NCBI GenBank assembly: GCA_963834385.1
Contig: CAWIBO010000003.1
Span: 451,313 to 515,312, forward strand
Length of the DNA: 64,000 bases
Direction of reading: 5' to 3'
DNA from: an uncultured Verrucomicrobiae bacterium
GTDB taxonomy: Bacteria > Verrucomicrobiota > Verrucomicrobiia > Chthoniobacterales > UBA10450
The notes under the pieces are model-generated. The model was not told where the DNA came from and searched no databases. It saw nothing but the letters and a program-made list of their open reading frames with translations. The translations under genes were made by a program, and so were the position numbers. Shown one piece after another: positions 1 through 9,384 of the stretch. Every line of letters begins with the position of its first letter. Positions within the stretch are counted from its first letter, which is position 1.

Positions 1-364
1 ACTCGCGTTTGCTCAGGTAGGCGAACCCGCGAAACCGGCGCGCCTTGGTGGTCTCGGGATCCAGCGCCAGCGCCTCGTCGAGGTCGGCGATGGCTGCGTC
101 ATATTCCTGGCGGCCCACCTTCTCGGCGCCACGCTCGGTCAGGGCGAGGCGGAGATTGGTCTTATGACTGGAGGCGTCCGGGTCAGCCTCGGAAGCTTTC
201 TTGAAGTTCTCGACCGCTTCGTCCCAGTTTTTTTTCTTGGCTGCGGCCAGGCCGGCCTTGGCGGCGGCGGCGCCGTCCTGGGCGAAAGCGCCGGAGGTGA
301 AGGCGCAAAGAATAATGAGGCCGGCAACAAGTCCGGGGTGGCGGAGGAGTGATGGTCTGTTCAT
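1..364 (-). CDS. Secreted tetratricopeptide-repeat protein (partial, runs off window start)
   Basis: Manual translation from ATG at 364: MNRPSLLRHPGLVAGLIILCAFTSGAFAQ (signal-like) then WDEAVENFKKASEADP and YDAAIADLDEALALDP TPR-like helices; no stop before base 1. Confidence 0.75.
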   Translation of the reverse strand, partial: MNRPSLLRHPGLVAGLIILCAFTSGAFAQDGAAAAKAGLAAAKKKNWDEAVENFKKASEADPDASSHKTNLRLALTERGAEKVGRQEYDAAIADLDEALALDPETTKARRFRGFAYLSKRE

Positions 365-405
365 GAAAGTATCGTGGGGTGGAGCAGGGTTCGGACGGAC
401 AGCGG

Positions 406-1251
406 CTAGCCAGTATTCAAAGGGGAGGGGGTTCCCGCAAGTGCCGGCTGCGGGGTCGATTCCGCCGGGGTCCACATTTCGTTGAAACGCCGGATGCGAT
501 GGGCCCTGCCGGTGGCCTCGTCAATCTCGATGAGCGCGCCGGAAAGGCGGACGGGGCCGGCGGCCACAGGGAAGGCGGCCGGCATGTTCGAGGCAAACCG
601 GGTCACGATCGGGTTGATGGCGCGTCCGAGGATCGACTCGGCCGGGCCGCACATGCCGGCGTCGCAGAGGAAGGCGGTGCCGCCGGGGAAAATCTGTTCG
701 TCGGCGGTCTGCACATGGGTGTGGGTGCCGATCACGGCCGAGACGCGTCCATCGAGGAGGCGGCCGAGGGCGCATTTCTCGCTGGTTGTTTCCGCGTGGA
801 CATCCACGAGGATGACGGGCGTTTCGCGGCGCAATTCCTCCACGGCGGCTTCGAGGAGGCGAAACGGGTTTTCCAGGATGGGCTGCATGAAGGTCCGCCC
901 CTGCACATTGAGGACGCCCACCTTGCCCTTGGCGGTCTCGAGGACGATCGATCCGGCGCCGGGGGTTTCCGGCGGATAATTCAGCGGCCGGAGCAGGCGC
1001 GGCTCGGTCGGGATGAAGTTGACGATGTCCTTCTGGTCCCAGATGTGGTCGCCGGTGGTGATGACGGAAACGCCCGCGCGGAGGAGGTCGATGGTGATCC
1101 GGGGGGTGATGCCGCGGCCGCCGGCAGCGTTCTCGCCGTTGGCGACAATAAAGTCGACCTGCTCCTGTTTCTTCAACTCCGGCAGACGCGCGATGACCGC
1201 GCTGCGACCGGGTTCGCCGACGATGTCGCCGAGGAAAAGAAGCGTTAGCAT
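406..1251 (-). CDS. ymdB: YmdB/TIGR00282-family metallophosphoesterase
   Basis: Motifs LFLGDIVG, NGENAAGG, TGDHIWD, DVHAETTSEK, GTHTHVQTAD, DAGMCG. Confidence 0.9.
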   Translation of the reverse strand: MLTLLFLGDIVGEPGRSAVIARLPELKKQEQVDFIVANGENAAGGRGITPRITIDLLRAGVSVITTGDHIWDQKDIVNFIPTEPRLLRPLNYPPETPGAGSIVLETAKGKVGVLNVQGRTFMQPILENPFRLLEAAVEELRRETPVILVDVHAETTSEKCALGRLLDGRVSAVIGTHTHVQTADEQIFPGGTAFLCDAGMCGPAESILGRAINPIVTRFASNMPAAFPVAAGPVRLSGALIEIDEATGRAHRIRRFNEMWTPAESTPQPALAGTPSPLNTG

Positions 1252-1293
1252 TCGGCGAAGGTCGTATTAAGAAGAGGCCAACGCAAAAGTTCG

Positions 1294-2547
1294 ATGAAGG
1301 CCTTTTTTCTTTGTTTCTGTTTTCTTTCCCTGGTCACCGTGCGCGCGGCCGAGAACCTCAGCCCGCTGGGGACGGCGCCTGACTGGAAAGCGCTGGAACG
1401 TTACCAGGAAACCATCACGCACTCCGACTTTCAACGGCTGCTCCGGGGGGTCTACGCCCCGCAGGCCGTGGATGAAAAAATCATCCGGGTTGGCCCGAAA
1501 TCGGTGCGGGTGCTGAAGAACCGGGAGGCGGGCACCTATTTCACCCTGCGTTTTGCCGCGAGCGAAGCGGCGCGCAAACCGATGAGCCGTCTCTGGATGA
1601 CGGCGGGGAATCTTCCGCCGGCCCGGCCCGGCCTGCCTCTTTCCGATGTGCGCATTGCGCTCGATCCCGGGCATCTCGGCGGGGAATGGGCAAAAATGGA
1701 GGAGCGCTGGTTCCAGGTGGGCGACGCTCCGCCGGTGCAGGAGGGCGACATGACCCTGCGGGTGGCCCAGATTCTTGCCGGCAAGCTGGGCGACCTGGGG
1801 GCGCGCGTCTCGCTCGTGCGCGACAAGCTCGAGCCGGTAACCAAAAAACGGCCGGACGATTTCACTGCCCTCGCCAGGAAGATCCTGGCCAAGGCCGGCG
1901 TGACGGCGCCGGCGGAGGATTTCGCGGGGCCGGCCGACCTCGAGAAGGAGAAATCGTTGCGCTGGCAGAAGGAGATCCTTTTCTATCGCAACAGCGAGAT
2001 CCGGAGCCGGGCGGAGATCGTGAACAAGCGGCTCCGGCCGGACGTGGTCGTGGCTCTGCACTTCAACGCCGAGCCGTGGGGCGACCCGGCGGCGCCGACG
2101 CTGCTGGAGAAAAATCATCTTCACGTTTTGGTCAACGGTTCCTACCTGCCGGCGGAGCTGGAACTCGACGATGAACGCTTTGAGATGATGCGCCAGTTGC
2201 TCAGCCGCGCCTACGGCGAGGAAGTGACCCTGGCCGAGCGGATCGCGCAGGCCTTCGTCAACCGCACCCGGCTGCCCGCCTACCAGTATATTACGGACAA
2301 CGTCACCCCGGTGGGGACCAGCGGCTATGTCTACGCGCGCAATCTGCTCGCCACCCGGCTTTACCAGTGCCCGGTGGTCTACCTGGAGCCGTACGTCATG
2401 AACAGCCGCGAGGTTTTTGAGCGGATCCAGGCCGGTGATTATGAAGGGACACGCCCGGTGGCCGGGGCGGAACGCCCCTCCATCTTTCGCGAATATGCCG
2501 ACGCGGTGGCGGAGGGACTTGTCCACCACTACAAGGATCGTCGTTGA
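1294..2547 (+). CDS. N-acetylmuramoyl-L-alanine amidase (Amidase_3)-like exported protein
   Basis: Signal peptide; IALDPGHLGG, EGDMTL, VALHFNA and VYLEP give the H/E/H/E Zn and catalytic pattern. Confidence 0.7.
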   Translation: MKAFFLCFCFLSLVTVRAAENLSPLGTAPDWKALERYQETITHSDFQRLLRGVYAPQAVDEKIIRVGPKSVRVLKNREAGTYFTLRFAASEAARKPMSRLWMTAGNLPPARPGLPLSDVRIALDPGHLGGEWAKMEERWFQVGDAPPVQEGDMTLRVAQILAGKLGDLGARVSLVRDKLEPVTKKRPDDFTALARKILAKAGVTAPAEDFAGPADLEKEKSLRWQKEILFYRNSEIRSRAEIVNKRLRPDVVVALHFNAEPWGDPAAPTLLEKNHLHVLVNGSYLPAELELDDERFEMMRQLLSRAYGEEVTLAERIAQAFVNRTRLPAYQYITDNVTPVGTSGYVYARNLLATRLYQCPVVYLEPYVMNSREVFERIQAGDYEGTRPVAGAERPSIFREYADAVAEGLVHHYKDRR

Positions 2548-3639
2548 TCAAAGCGAGTCGATGGCCGCTTCCAGGCGCGCCAGGGAAACGTCGGAACTGA
2601 GCCGGGCCGACCCGAGCCCCGGCGTCACCACAAAACGGACCTGGCCGTTCTCGAATTTTTTGTCGCGGCGAAGCGCGGCGCGGATTTTGTCACGGGAAAG
2701 GTTGGTCGGCAGCTTGACCGGCAAACCGAAGGAAGAAAGGGCGGCGGTGACACGCGCCTGCTCCGGTCGGGGGAAGCCGGCGCATTCATGGGAGATATTA
2801 CAGGCGGCGACGATGCCCAGGCTGACGGCTTCGCCGTGCAGGAGCTCACGATAATCGCCCGCGGCCTCCACGGCGTGCCCAATGGTATGGCCGAAGTTGA
2901 GCAGCGCGCGCCGTCCGTGCAGGTCTTCCGCGTCGGTGGCGACGTGGGCCGCCTTGATCTCCACGTTGCGCCGGATGAGGGGCGCGAGATTTGTTCGATC
3001 GAGGCGCTCCAGGTCATCGAGCAGCGAGGAATCGGCAATGATGGCGTGCTTGATGATCTCGGCGAAGCCCTGGCTGAGCTGTCGCGGGGGCAGGGTGGCG
3101 AGCGTTTCCGTGTCGCTCAGGACCAGGCTGGGCTGGTGCACGGCCCCGGCCAGATTTTTCCCGGCGGCGAGATTGACCGCGGTTTTGCCGCCAATGGCGC
3201 TGTCGACCTGGGCCAGGAGAGTGGTCGGGAGATTAATCCAGGGAATGCCACGATGATAGATCGAGGCGACAAACCCGCCGAGATCGCCCACAACCCCGCC
3301 GCCCACAGCGACGAGGAAGGAGGAACGGTCGAGCCCGGCGCGCGCCATGCGTTCGCAGAGCGATTCCGCCTGGGAAAACGATTTTGCCTCCTCGCCCGGC
3401 GGGACGGTGAGAAGGATGACCTCGAATCCGGCCTCTTCGAGGCTGGCGCGGACCCGCGGGGCCATGCGGCGGGCGACAATCTCATCCGTGACAAGGGCGC
3501 AGCGCCGGCCGCGAACGAGGCGGGCCGCGCGGGCGCCGGCCTGGCCGAGGAGACCCGGCCCGATCAGGACGTCATAGCTGGCCCGGCCGGCCTGGACCGG
3601 GACGATTGTTACGGTGGGGCCGCTTCCGTTACGTTCCAG
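2548..3639 (-). CDS. aroB: 3-dehydroquinate synthase (start probably CTG at 3639; first in-frame ATG at 3465)
   Basis: GGGVVGDLGGF, PTTLLAQVDSAIGGKT, GKNL, LLNFGHTIGHAVE, LHGEAV; the conserved N-terminus (YDVLIG...ALVTD) continues in frame upstream of 3465. Confidence 0.92.
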   Translation of the reverse strand: MERNGSGPTVTIVPVQAGRASYDVLIGPGLLGQAGARAARLVRGRRCALVTDEIVARRMAPRVRASLEEAGFEVILLTVPPGEEAKSFSQAESLCERMARAGLDRSSFLVAVGGGVVGDLGGFVASIYHRGIPWINLPTTLLAQVDSAIGGKTAVNLAAGKNLAGAVHQPSLVLSDTETLATLPPRQLSQGFAEIIKHAIIADSSLLDDLERLDRTNLAPLIRRNVEIKAAHVATDAEDLHGRRALLNFGHTIGHAVEAAGDYRELLHGEAVSLGIVAACNISHECAGFPRPEQARVTAALSSFGLPVKLPTNLSRDKIRAALRRDKKFENGQVRFVVTPGLGSARLSSDVSLARLEAAIDSL

Positions 3640-4241
3640 TGTTCGTCCCTCAGGTAATCGTTCCAGCTGATGGTCTCGGCGCGCTGGTCGCCGAATAAGA
3701 CATTGATGCGTTTGCGGCCGGCGTGGGTGCCGCCCTGGCTGGTCCCGCCCGGGCTGCTGGCCCCCTTCAACACGGTCACGCCCGGTTCATCGGAGTCGGT
3801 GGTGCCGTCGAAGGAAACGAAGTCCGAGCTGTCGAGGGCCGGGGCGAAAATGATGAGGACGTTCGCCTCGGCAACGCTGGTCGAGCTCATGCCGGGCAGG
3901 TTCCTGTTCAGGCCGTAGCTGACCGGGGAATTCTCGCCGTCGGGCCCGGGCGCGCGCAGGTCAAAGGGTGACTGGAGAATGGTCCAGTTGGTCATGTATT
4001 TCGGGTTGAGCTGGGCCATCCAGGTGCGATCGGCGACGAAGTAGTTTCCGTTGTTATCCTGGAGATAGGACTGGGTGGCGCTGCCGATCTGGCGGAGTTG
4101 CTGCAGATCCTGGGCGGAGCGGGTCCGTTCCTGAAGCCGGTGAAAGACGAAATAGGCGGTGATCGCCAGCACCGCAATGACGACCGTGACGACAACGGTC
4201 TCCAGAAAGGTGAAACCGGCGTGGGAAGAAGGTCGGCGCAT
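3609..4241 (-). CDS. Prepilin-type N-terminal cleavage/methylation protein with H-X9-DG-like C-terminus (PVC type)
   Basis: GFTFLETVVV prepilin motif, LRQIG, VSYGLN, HAGRKRINVLFGDQ. Confidence 0.8.
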   Translation of the reverse strand: MRRPSSHAGFTFLETVVVTVVIAVLAITAYFVFHRLQERTRSAQDLQQLRQIGSATQSYLQDNNGNYFVADRTWMAQLNPKYMTNWTILQSPFDLRAPGPDGENSPVSYGLNRNLPGMSSTSVAEANVLIIFAPALDSSDFVSFDGTTDSDEPGVTVLKGASSPGGTSQGGTHAGRKRINVLFGDQRAETISWNDYLRDEHWNVTEAAPP

Positions 4242-4345
4242 AAGAACCTGCCTCCGTCATCTTAGCCCCGGGGGCAGGGTTGCCAAGAAAAAGCGACCGC
4301 CGGTTCGGCTTGACTATCAGGGGTGTAGGGCAGATCACTTTTTGC

Positions 4346-4783
4346 ATGGCAGATCCTGTTGATTCCACTTCGCCGCCGCCGCCCGCGCCCTCCGTGCCCT
4401 CCTCGGACCCGGGCAGCACCACCGGTCTCCCTTCCAACGTGGCGGCCGCGCTGGCCTGCTTCCCGCTCATTGGCGGTCTGATCTTTTATATCATCGAGAA
4501 ACGGGATGATTTCGTCCGCTTTTACGCGATGCAGTCGATCATCTTCGGCATCGCCTGGTTTCTCTTCAACATCATCTCGGCGATCATGCACGCGATCTTC
4601 CACGCCATCCCGGCCATTGGCGGCGTCCTTGTCTTCTTCTGGGCGCTCGTGGCCATGCTGGTTCACATTGCCTTTCTCGTGGTCCTGATCATTGCCATCG
4701 TGAAGGCCCTGAGCGGTGTCCGCTGGGACATTCCCTATCTCGGCCCGCTCGCCCGCCAGCAGATGGGCGGCAGACCGGCCTAG
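4346..4783 (+). CDS. DUF4870-like membrane protein
   Basis: TGLPSNVAAALAC, FVRFYAMQS, IPYLG; three hydrophobic segments. Confidence 0.75.
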   Translation: MADPVDSTSPPPPAPSVPSSDPGSTTGLPSNVAAALACFPLIGGLIFYIIEKRDDFVRFYAMQSIIFGIAWFLFNIISAIMHAIFHAIPAIGGVLVFFWALVAMLVHIAFLVVLIIAIVKALSGVRWDIPYLGPLARQQMGGRPA

Positions 4784-5907
4784 GCGACGGCTTCTTTTCG
4801 CCCGAGAAGTTTTACCACCACCTCGGTCAGGACCAGTTCATGGTCGAGGCTGCTGCTGACGAGCTGCAGGTTGGCCTCAAGGCAGGCCTCCAGCCCGGCG
4901 ATCAATTGGGGGACGCTGAAGGCGTGCGCCTGCTGTGCGGCCAGGCCGAGGCTGTAGCCGTTGATGGTGCCATCCTTTTTTCGCGGCAGATGCGACGTGG
5001 CCGCCGCGGGGAGACGGTTTAGCGCGGAGATAAAACTAAAGGGCGCGGAGGGGCGCGGCATGCGGTGCCGTTCCATCAGGTCCTTGGTCACAAGCAGATT
5101 GCGCACGGTCGGGATCATGGCCACGAGCAGGATGCCGATGGCGGATTCGCCCTGGTCGAGCAGTCTTTTGACCAGGTGCAGGGCGCGGGCCAGGTCGCGC
5201 GCGGCCAGGGCGTTGCTCAGCTCGAAGATGACGCCGGCCCGCGAGATCGGGACCATCTCGGTCACATGCGAAGCCTCGACCTTGCGCGATTCGCCGAGGT
5301 AAAGATCGAGCTTCTCCAGTTCGTTCTCCACCTGCCGCGTGTCGCCGCCGGTGAGAAGAACAAACGAATCGAGCGCGTCGCCGGCAAAGGTCAGGCCGCG
5401 CCGGCGGGCGCGTTCGCGGACCATCTCGGTGGCTTCCTCCTCCCAGCCGCCCCGGCTCGAATCGAGCCGGTCAAAAACCTGCAGCTCGGCCTGTTTGCTC
5501 AGCGCCTTGTAGAACGAACGACGCTTGTCGATTCCCGGCGCGCTCAGGAGAAACGTGATGCTTTCCCCGAGCCCCGCCTCGAGCACATCCCGCAATTCCT
5601 CCAGCGCCCCGAGCACCGTGGCGCTCCCGGCGGTGACGCCGTCGCCAAGAAACGTCGCGCTTTTCAACCAGACGAGTTTGCCGCCAAAGAAGGGAAGCGT
5701 CTGCAGCGCCTCCACCGTGTTCCGAATTCGGGTGGCGGCCTGCTCGGCGTTGTCCGCGGCGCCATCGATGATCTCGAGCCCGAAGTCGCCAGTGTCGGGC
5801 GGGGTAAGGGTTGCCGCCAGCTCTGCGGCCACCCGTTTCACCTCGCTCTCGTCGGAACCGACGACAGCGTGAATCCGGCTGGGAGCGTTTTTGGCTTTGC
5901 GCGGCAT
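4780..5907 (-). CDS. holA: DNA polymerase III subunit delta
   Basis: LQTLPFFGGKLVWLK, IDKRRSFYK, ENELEKLDLY, IFELSNAL; start at MPRKAK (5907). Confidence 0.85.
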   Translation of the reverse strand: MPRKAKNAPSRIHAVVGSDESEVKRVAAELAATLTPPDTGDFGLEIIDGAADNAEQAATRIRNTVEALQTLPFFGGKLVWLKSATFLGDGVTAGSATVLGALEELRDVLEAGLGESITFLLSAPGIDKRRSFYKALSKQAELQVFDRLDSSRGGWEEEATEMVRERARRRGLTFAGDALDSFVLLTGGDTRQVENELEKLDLYLGESRKVEASHVTEMVPISRAGVIFELSNALAARDLARALHLVKRLLDQGESAIGILLVAMIPTVRNLLVTKDLMERHRMPRPSAPFSFISALNRLPAAATSHLPRKKDGTINGYSLGLAAQQAHAFSVPQLIAGLEACLEANLQLVSSSLDHELVLTEVVVKLLGRKEAVA

Positions 5908-5911
5908 GGGA

Positions 5912-7015
5912 TCAGACGGGCGATGTCCCGGCGAACTGCACCCGGTCGAGGGCGGCCTGCAGGGCGAGACGAAGCCTGAGCACATCATGCAGCAGACGCT
6001 GGCCGCGCGCGAGATCAGTGTAACCTTTCGTGCCCTGCAGGCGTTCGCGCTGGAAACGTTCCTGTTCCCGCACCACCGCAGCGTGCGCGGTCTCACATAA
6101 GAGGACAACGTCCACGCAGTTGGCGGCTGATTCCGCGGGCCAGGCGAAGCCCTCGCCCGTGAACTCCCATTGCGGACGCGCGCGCAGTTCACTCCAAAAA
6201 CACTGCACCGCCGCCGCCTGCGCGGGATGGCCGGCCTGTTCCTGCAGGAGGCGGGCCGCGACCACGGCATCGCGGCTTATATTTGCCGCGTGGACCAACC
6301 GGTCAAGCGCCCCGATCGCGTTCATCTCCGCCGCCTGGCATTTGGCGTAAAGGCGGGCGTCCTCCTCGAGTAATTTCGCATCCTCCGCGTCTTCCGGCCG
6401 GCCGGTCTGCCGGTAGCCCTGGCGCGCCGGATCAAGGAACGCCATCGCCTCCGCCTGCGCCGCGGCCGTGACCGGCAGGCCCGCAAACCGGGCCAGCGCT
6501 CCGATCAACCCGGCGGGGTTTTGCTGCGCGCGCGCATGGGAAAGGATCATGATCGGCCAGGGCCAGAAACGCAGCCGGCTGAAAATGTGACGGTAAATTT
6601 CGGCCGACTCGGTCAGGGCAAGCTCCTTCGGCACCCCCTGCCGGCGTTCGCTGGAGAAGGCGACCTCAAGAAGGTCCCGGGTGACGATGATGATGCCGGG
6701 CTGCCGGAGCATCGAGGCAACTTGTTCAAAGCAAAAGACGTCCGGGAGCGATTTCCAGCCCCAGAGCGAATGTTGCCCGTTCATGCGCGTGATCGTGGCA
6801 AAACTGGCGGCCCGGTCGACCACGGTCTTCTGCATGGTCAGCGGCGACCATTCATGTCGCAGGGCATGCGGTTTTTCCCCCATGCACACGCCGAGGATGC
6901 GCAGGCAGCCGGCCACCATGGAGGTGCCGCCCCGGCCCACCCCAAAAACCGGGATGGTCCGGACCGGGCCGGCCTCCTCGTTTAATAGAATGGTCGGCAA
7001 AATTTCGGCCGGCAT
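5912..7015 (-). CDS. Sulfotransferase-like (P-loop) protein
   Basis: GVGRGGTSMVAG resembles the 5'-PSB loop; WGWK and IIVTRD motifs. Confidence 0.55.
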   Translation of the reverse strand: MPAEILPTILLNEEAGPVRTIPVFGVGRGGTSMVAGCLRILGVCMGEKPHALRHEWSPLTMQKTVVDRAASFATITRMNGQHSLWGWKSLPDVFCFEQVASMLRQPGIIIVTRDLLEVAFSSERRQGVPKELALTESAEIYRHIFSRLRFWPWPIMILSHARAQQNPAGLIGALARFAGLPVTAAAQAEAMAFLDPARQGYRQTGRPEDAEDAKLLEEDARLYAKCQAAEMNAIGALDRLVHAANISRDAVVAARLLQEQAGHPAQAAAVQCFWSELRARPQWEFTGEGFAWPAESAANCVDVVLLCETAHAAVVREQERFQRERLQGTKGYTDLARGQRLLHDVLRLRLALQAALDRVQFAGTSPV

Positions 7016-7024
7016 GGGAAAATT

Positions 7025-9232
7025 TCAGGCGCGGGAAGTGCGACGCCGCCCGCCGCCCCGGGAATATTTTACCGGGCGCTTTTTCGGCTCGATTTTGGAG
7101 AGCCCGGTCCCGGACTTCACTTCCATGATCTGGTCGCGGAGCAGGGCGGCCCGCTCGAACTCGAGATTGGCCGAAGCCTGCTGCATTTCCTCCTCCAGTT
7201 CGCGCAGCAGCTCGGTCAGGCTGAAATCGCCGCCGGCCTCGCGGATCACGGATGATTCCACCTCGCGCCCGCGCAGGATGGTGTGGAGACTCTCCTGCAC
7301 CGCCCGGCGCACGGTCTGTGGGGTGATTCCGTGCGCCTCGTTGTATTCCATCTGCTTGGCGCGGCGATACTCGGAGATCGAAATGAGCGCCTGCATGCTC
7401 TGCGTGACCGTGTCGGCAAACAGGATGACCTCGCCGTTTACGTGGCGGGCGGCGCGACCGGCGGTCTGGATGAGCGACGTCTGGCTGCGCAGAAATCCCT
7501 CCTTGTCGGCGTCGAGAATGCAGACGAGCGAAACCTCCGGCAGATCGAGGCCTTCGCGCAGGAGATTGATGCCGACGAGGATGTCGAAATCGCCGCTGCG
7601 CAGCCCGCGCAGGATTTCCACCCGCTCGATGGTGTCGATGTCGCTGTGGAGATAGCGGACCTTGAGACCGACGTCCCGCAGGTAATCGGCGAGGTCTTCC
7701 GCCGTGCGCTTGGTCAGGGTGGTGACGAGCACGCGTTCCTGCACTTCCACGCGCTGGCGGCAGAACTCGATCGTTTCGTCGATCTGGTTCTTGAGCGGCT
7801 TCAGGGTGATGCGCGGGTCGAGCAAACCGGTGGGCCGGATGATCTGCTCGACCACCAGGGGCGCACCCGGGCTGTGAACATCGAATTTTTCCGGCGGCTC
7901 GTCCGTCCGGCTGACCGGGCCGGTGCCGTCGTTCCCGCCGTTTTTTCCCGGGAGGACGAAGGGGACGAGTTCCTCCGCGCCGATGCGCTGCCGCTTGTGC
8001 GGGTAATAGGCGGTGTTGCCGACGACGCTGTTCTGGATCTCGAACTCGGCCGGGGTCGCGCTGACATAGAGCGCCTGGTGGGCGTGCCCCATGAACTCAT
8101 TGAAATTGAGCGGCCGGTTGTCCAGGGCGCTGGGCAGGCGGAAGCCGTATTCCACCAGGACGGTTTTGCGGGAGCGATCCCCCTCAAACATGCCGCCGAT
8201 CTGGGGGATGGTGGCGTGCGACTCGTCGATTACCATGAGGAAATCCTTCGGGAAGAAATCAAGCAGGGTAAAGGGCGTTGAACCGGGCATGCGCCCGCTG
8301 AGGTGACGCGAATAATTCTCGATCCCGTTGCAGAAACCCATCTCCTGCAGCATTTCGAGGTCGTATTCCGTGCGCATCTTCAGCCGCTGGGCTTCCAGCA
8401 GGCGGTGCTGCGATTCCAGCACCTTAATCCGGTCGTCCAGCTCGGACCGGATCGATTGCAGCGCCCGGTTCAGTTTGTCGGCCGGGGTGACGAACTGCTT
8501 CGCCGGGAAGAAGGTGATCACGCTGAGACCTTCCCCGGCGTGGCCGGTGAGCGGGTCAAACCGGCTGATGGCGTCGATTTCATCACCGAAAAACTCGAGA
8601 CGGATGGCCTCGTCGTCCGCGGTGGCGGGAAAGACCTCGACCACATCGCCGCGGACACGGAAACGGCCGCGGGTGAAGTTCATGTCGTTACGCTCGTAGA
8701 GCATGTCGACGAGCCGGCCGAGGACCGCTTCGCGCGAGATTTGCTGGCCGCGCTTCACCGTCAGGAGCATGCGTTCATAGTCCTCCGGCGAGGTGACGCC
8801 ATAGATGCAGGAGACGCTGGCGACGACGATGACATCGCGGCGGGAGAGGAGCGCGCTGGTGGCGGAGAGGCGCAGGCGTTCGATCTCCTCGTTGATGGAG
8901 GAATCCTTCTCGATGTAAGTGTCGGAGCGGGGGATGTAGGCCTCCGGCTGGTAGTAATCGAAATAGCTCACGAAATATTCCACCGCGTTTTTGGGGAAGA
9001 ACTGCTTGAACTCGGAGTAGAGCTGGGCCGCGAGCGTCTTGTTGTGCGAGATGATGAGGGCGGGCCGGTCCAGTTCCCGGATGACGTTGGCCACGGTGAA
9101 GGTTTTGCCCGAGCCGGTCACGCCGAGGAGGGTCTGGTGCCGGTGGCCGGCCTCGATCGACTTGATCAGCTTGGCGATGGCCTGTCCCTGGTCGCCCCGG
9201 GGCTGGTAGGTCGACTCGAGCTGAAACGGCAT
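7025..9232 (-). CDS. uvrB: Excinuclease ABC subunit B
   Basis: [43 protein letters not shown]-terminal UVR motif FERAALLRD; start MPFQLES. Confidence 0.97.
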   Translation of the reverse strand: MPFQLESTYQPRGDQGQAIAKLIKSIEAGHRHQTLLGVTGSGKTFTVANVIRELDRPALIISHNKTLAAQLYSEFKQFFPKNAVEYFVSYFDYYQPEAYIPRSDTYIEKDSSINEEIERLRLSATSALLSRRDVIVVASVSCIYGVTSPEDYERMLLTVKRGQQISREAVLGRLVDMLYERNDMNFTRGRFRVRGDVVEVFPATADDEAIRLEFFGDEIDAISRFDPLTGHAGEGLSVITFFPAKQFVTPADKLNRALQSIRSELDDRIKVLESQHRLLEAQRLKMRTEYDLEMLQEMGFCNGIENYSRHLSGRMPGSTPFTLLDFFPKDFLMVIDESHATIPQIGGMFEGDRSRKTVLVEYGFRLPSALDNRPLNFNEFMGHAHQALYVSATPAEFEIQNSVVGNTAYYPHKRQRIGAEELVPFVLPGKNGGNDGTGPVSRTDEPPEKFDVHSPGAPLVVEQIIRPTGLLDPRITLKPLKNQIDETIEFCRQRVEVQERVLVTTLTKRTAEDLADYLRDVGLKVRYLHSDIDTIERVEILRGLRSGDFDILVGINLLREGLDLPEVSLVCILDADKEGFLRSQTSLIQTAGRAARHVNGEVILFADTVTQSMQALISISEYRRAKQMEYNEAHGITPQTVRRAVQESLHTILRGREVESSVIREAGGDFSLTELLRELEEEMQQASANLEFERAALLRDQIMEVKSGTGLSKIEPKKRPVKYSRGGGRRRTSRA

Positions 9233-9384
9233 CGGGCAGGATAGCATCGGCCCCGCCCGCCCGAAAGGTGACGGCGCTCCCCCGCGACCCACCTCGTCCG
9301 CGTGGCGAAATGTCAAAAAGCTGGGCAAGCGGGTTATCCCCGATATGGTGGGCGGATACGAGCCGTGATTCCCCCGCGGAAGAC

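Noticed and set aside
7855..8040. Intein in UvrB
   Set aside because: The insert is too short and lacks the C/S start and HN-C/S/T end.
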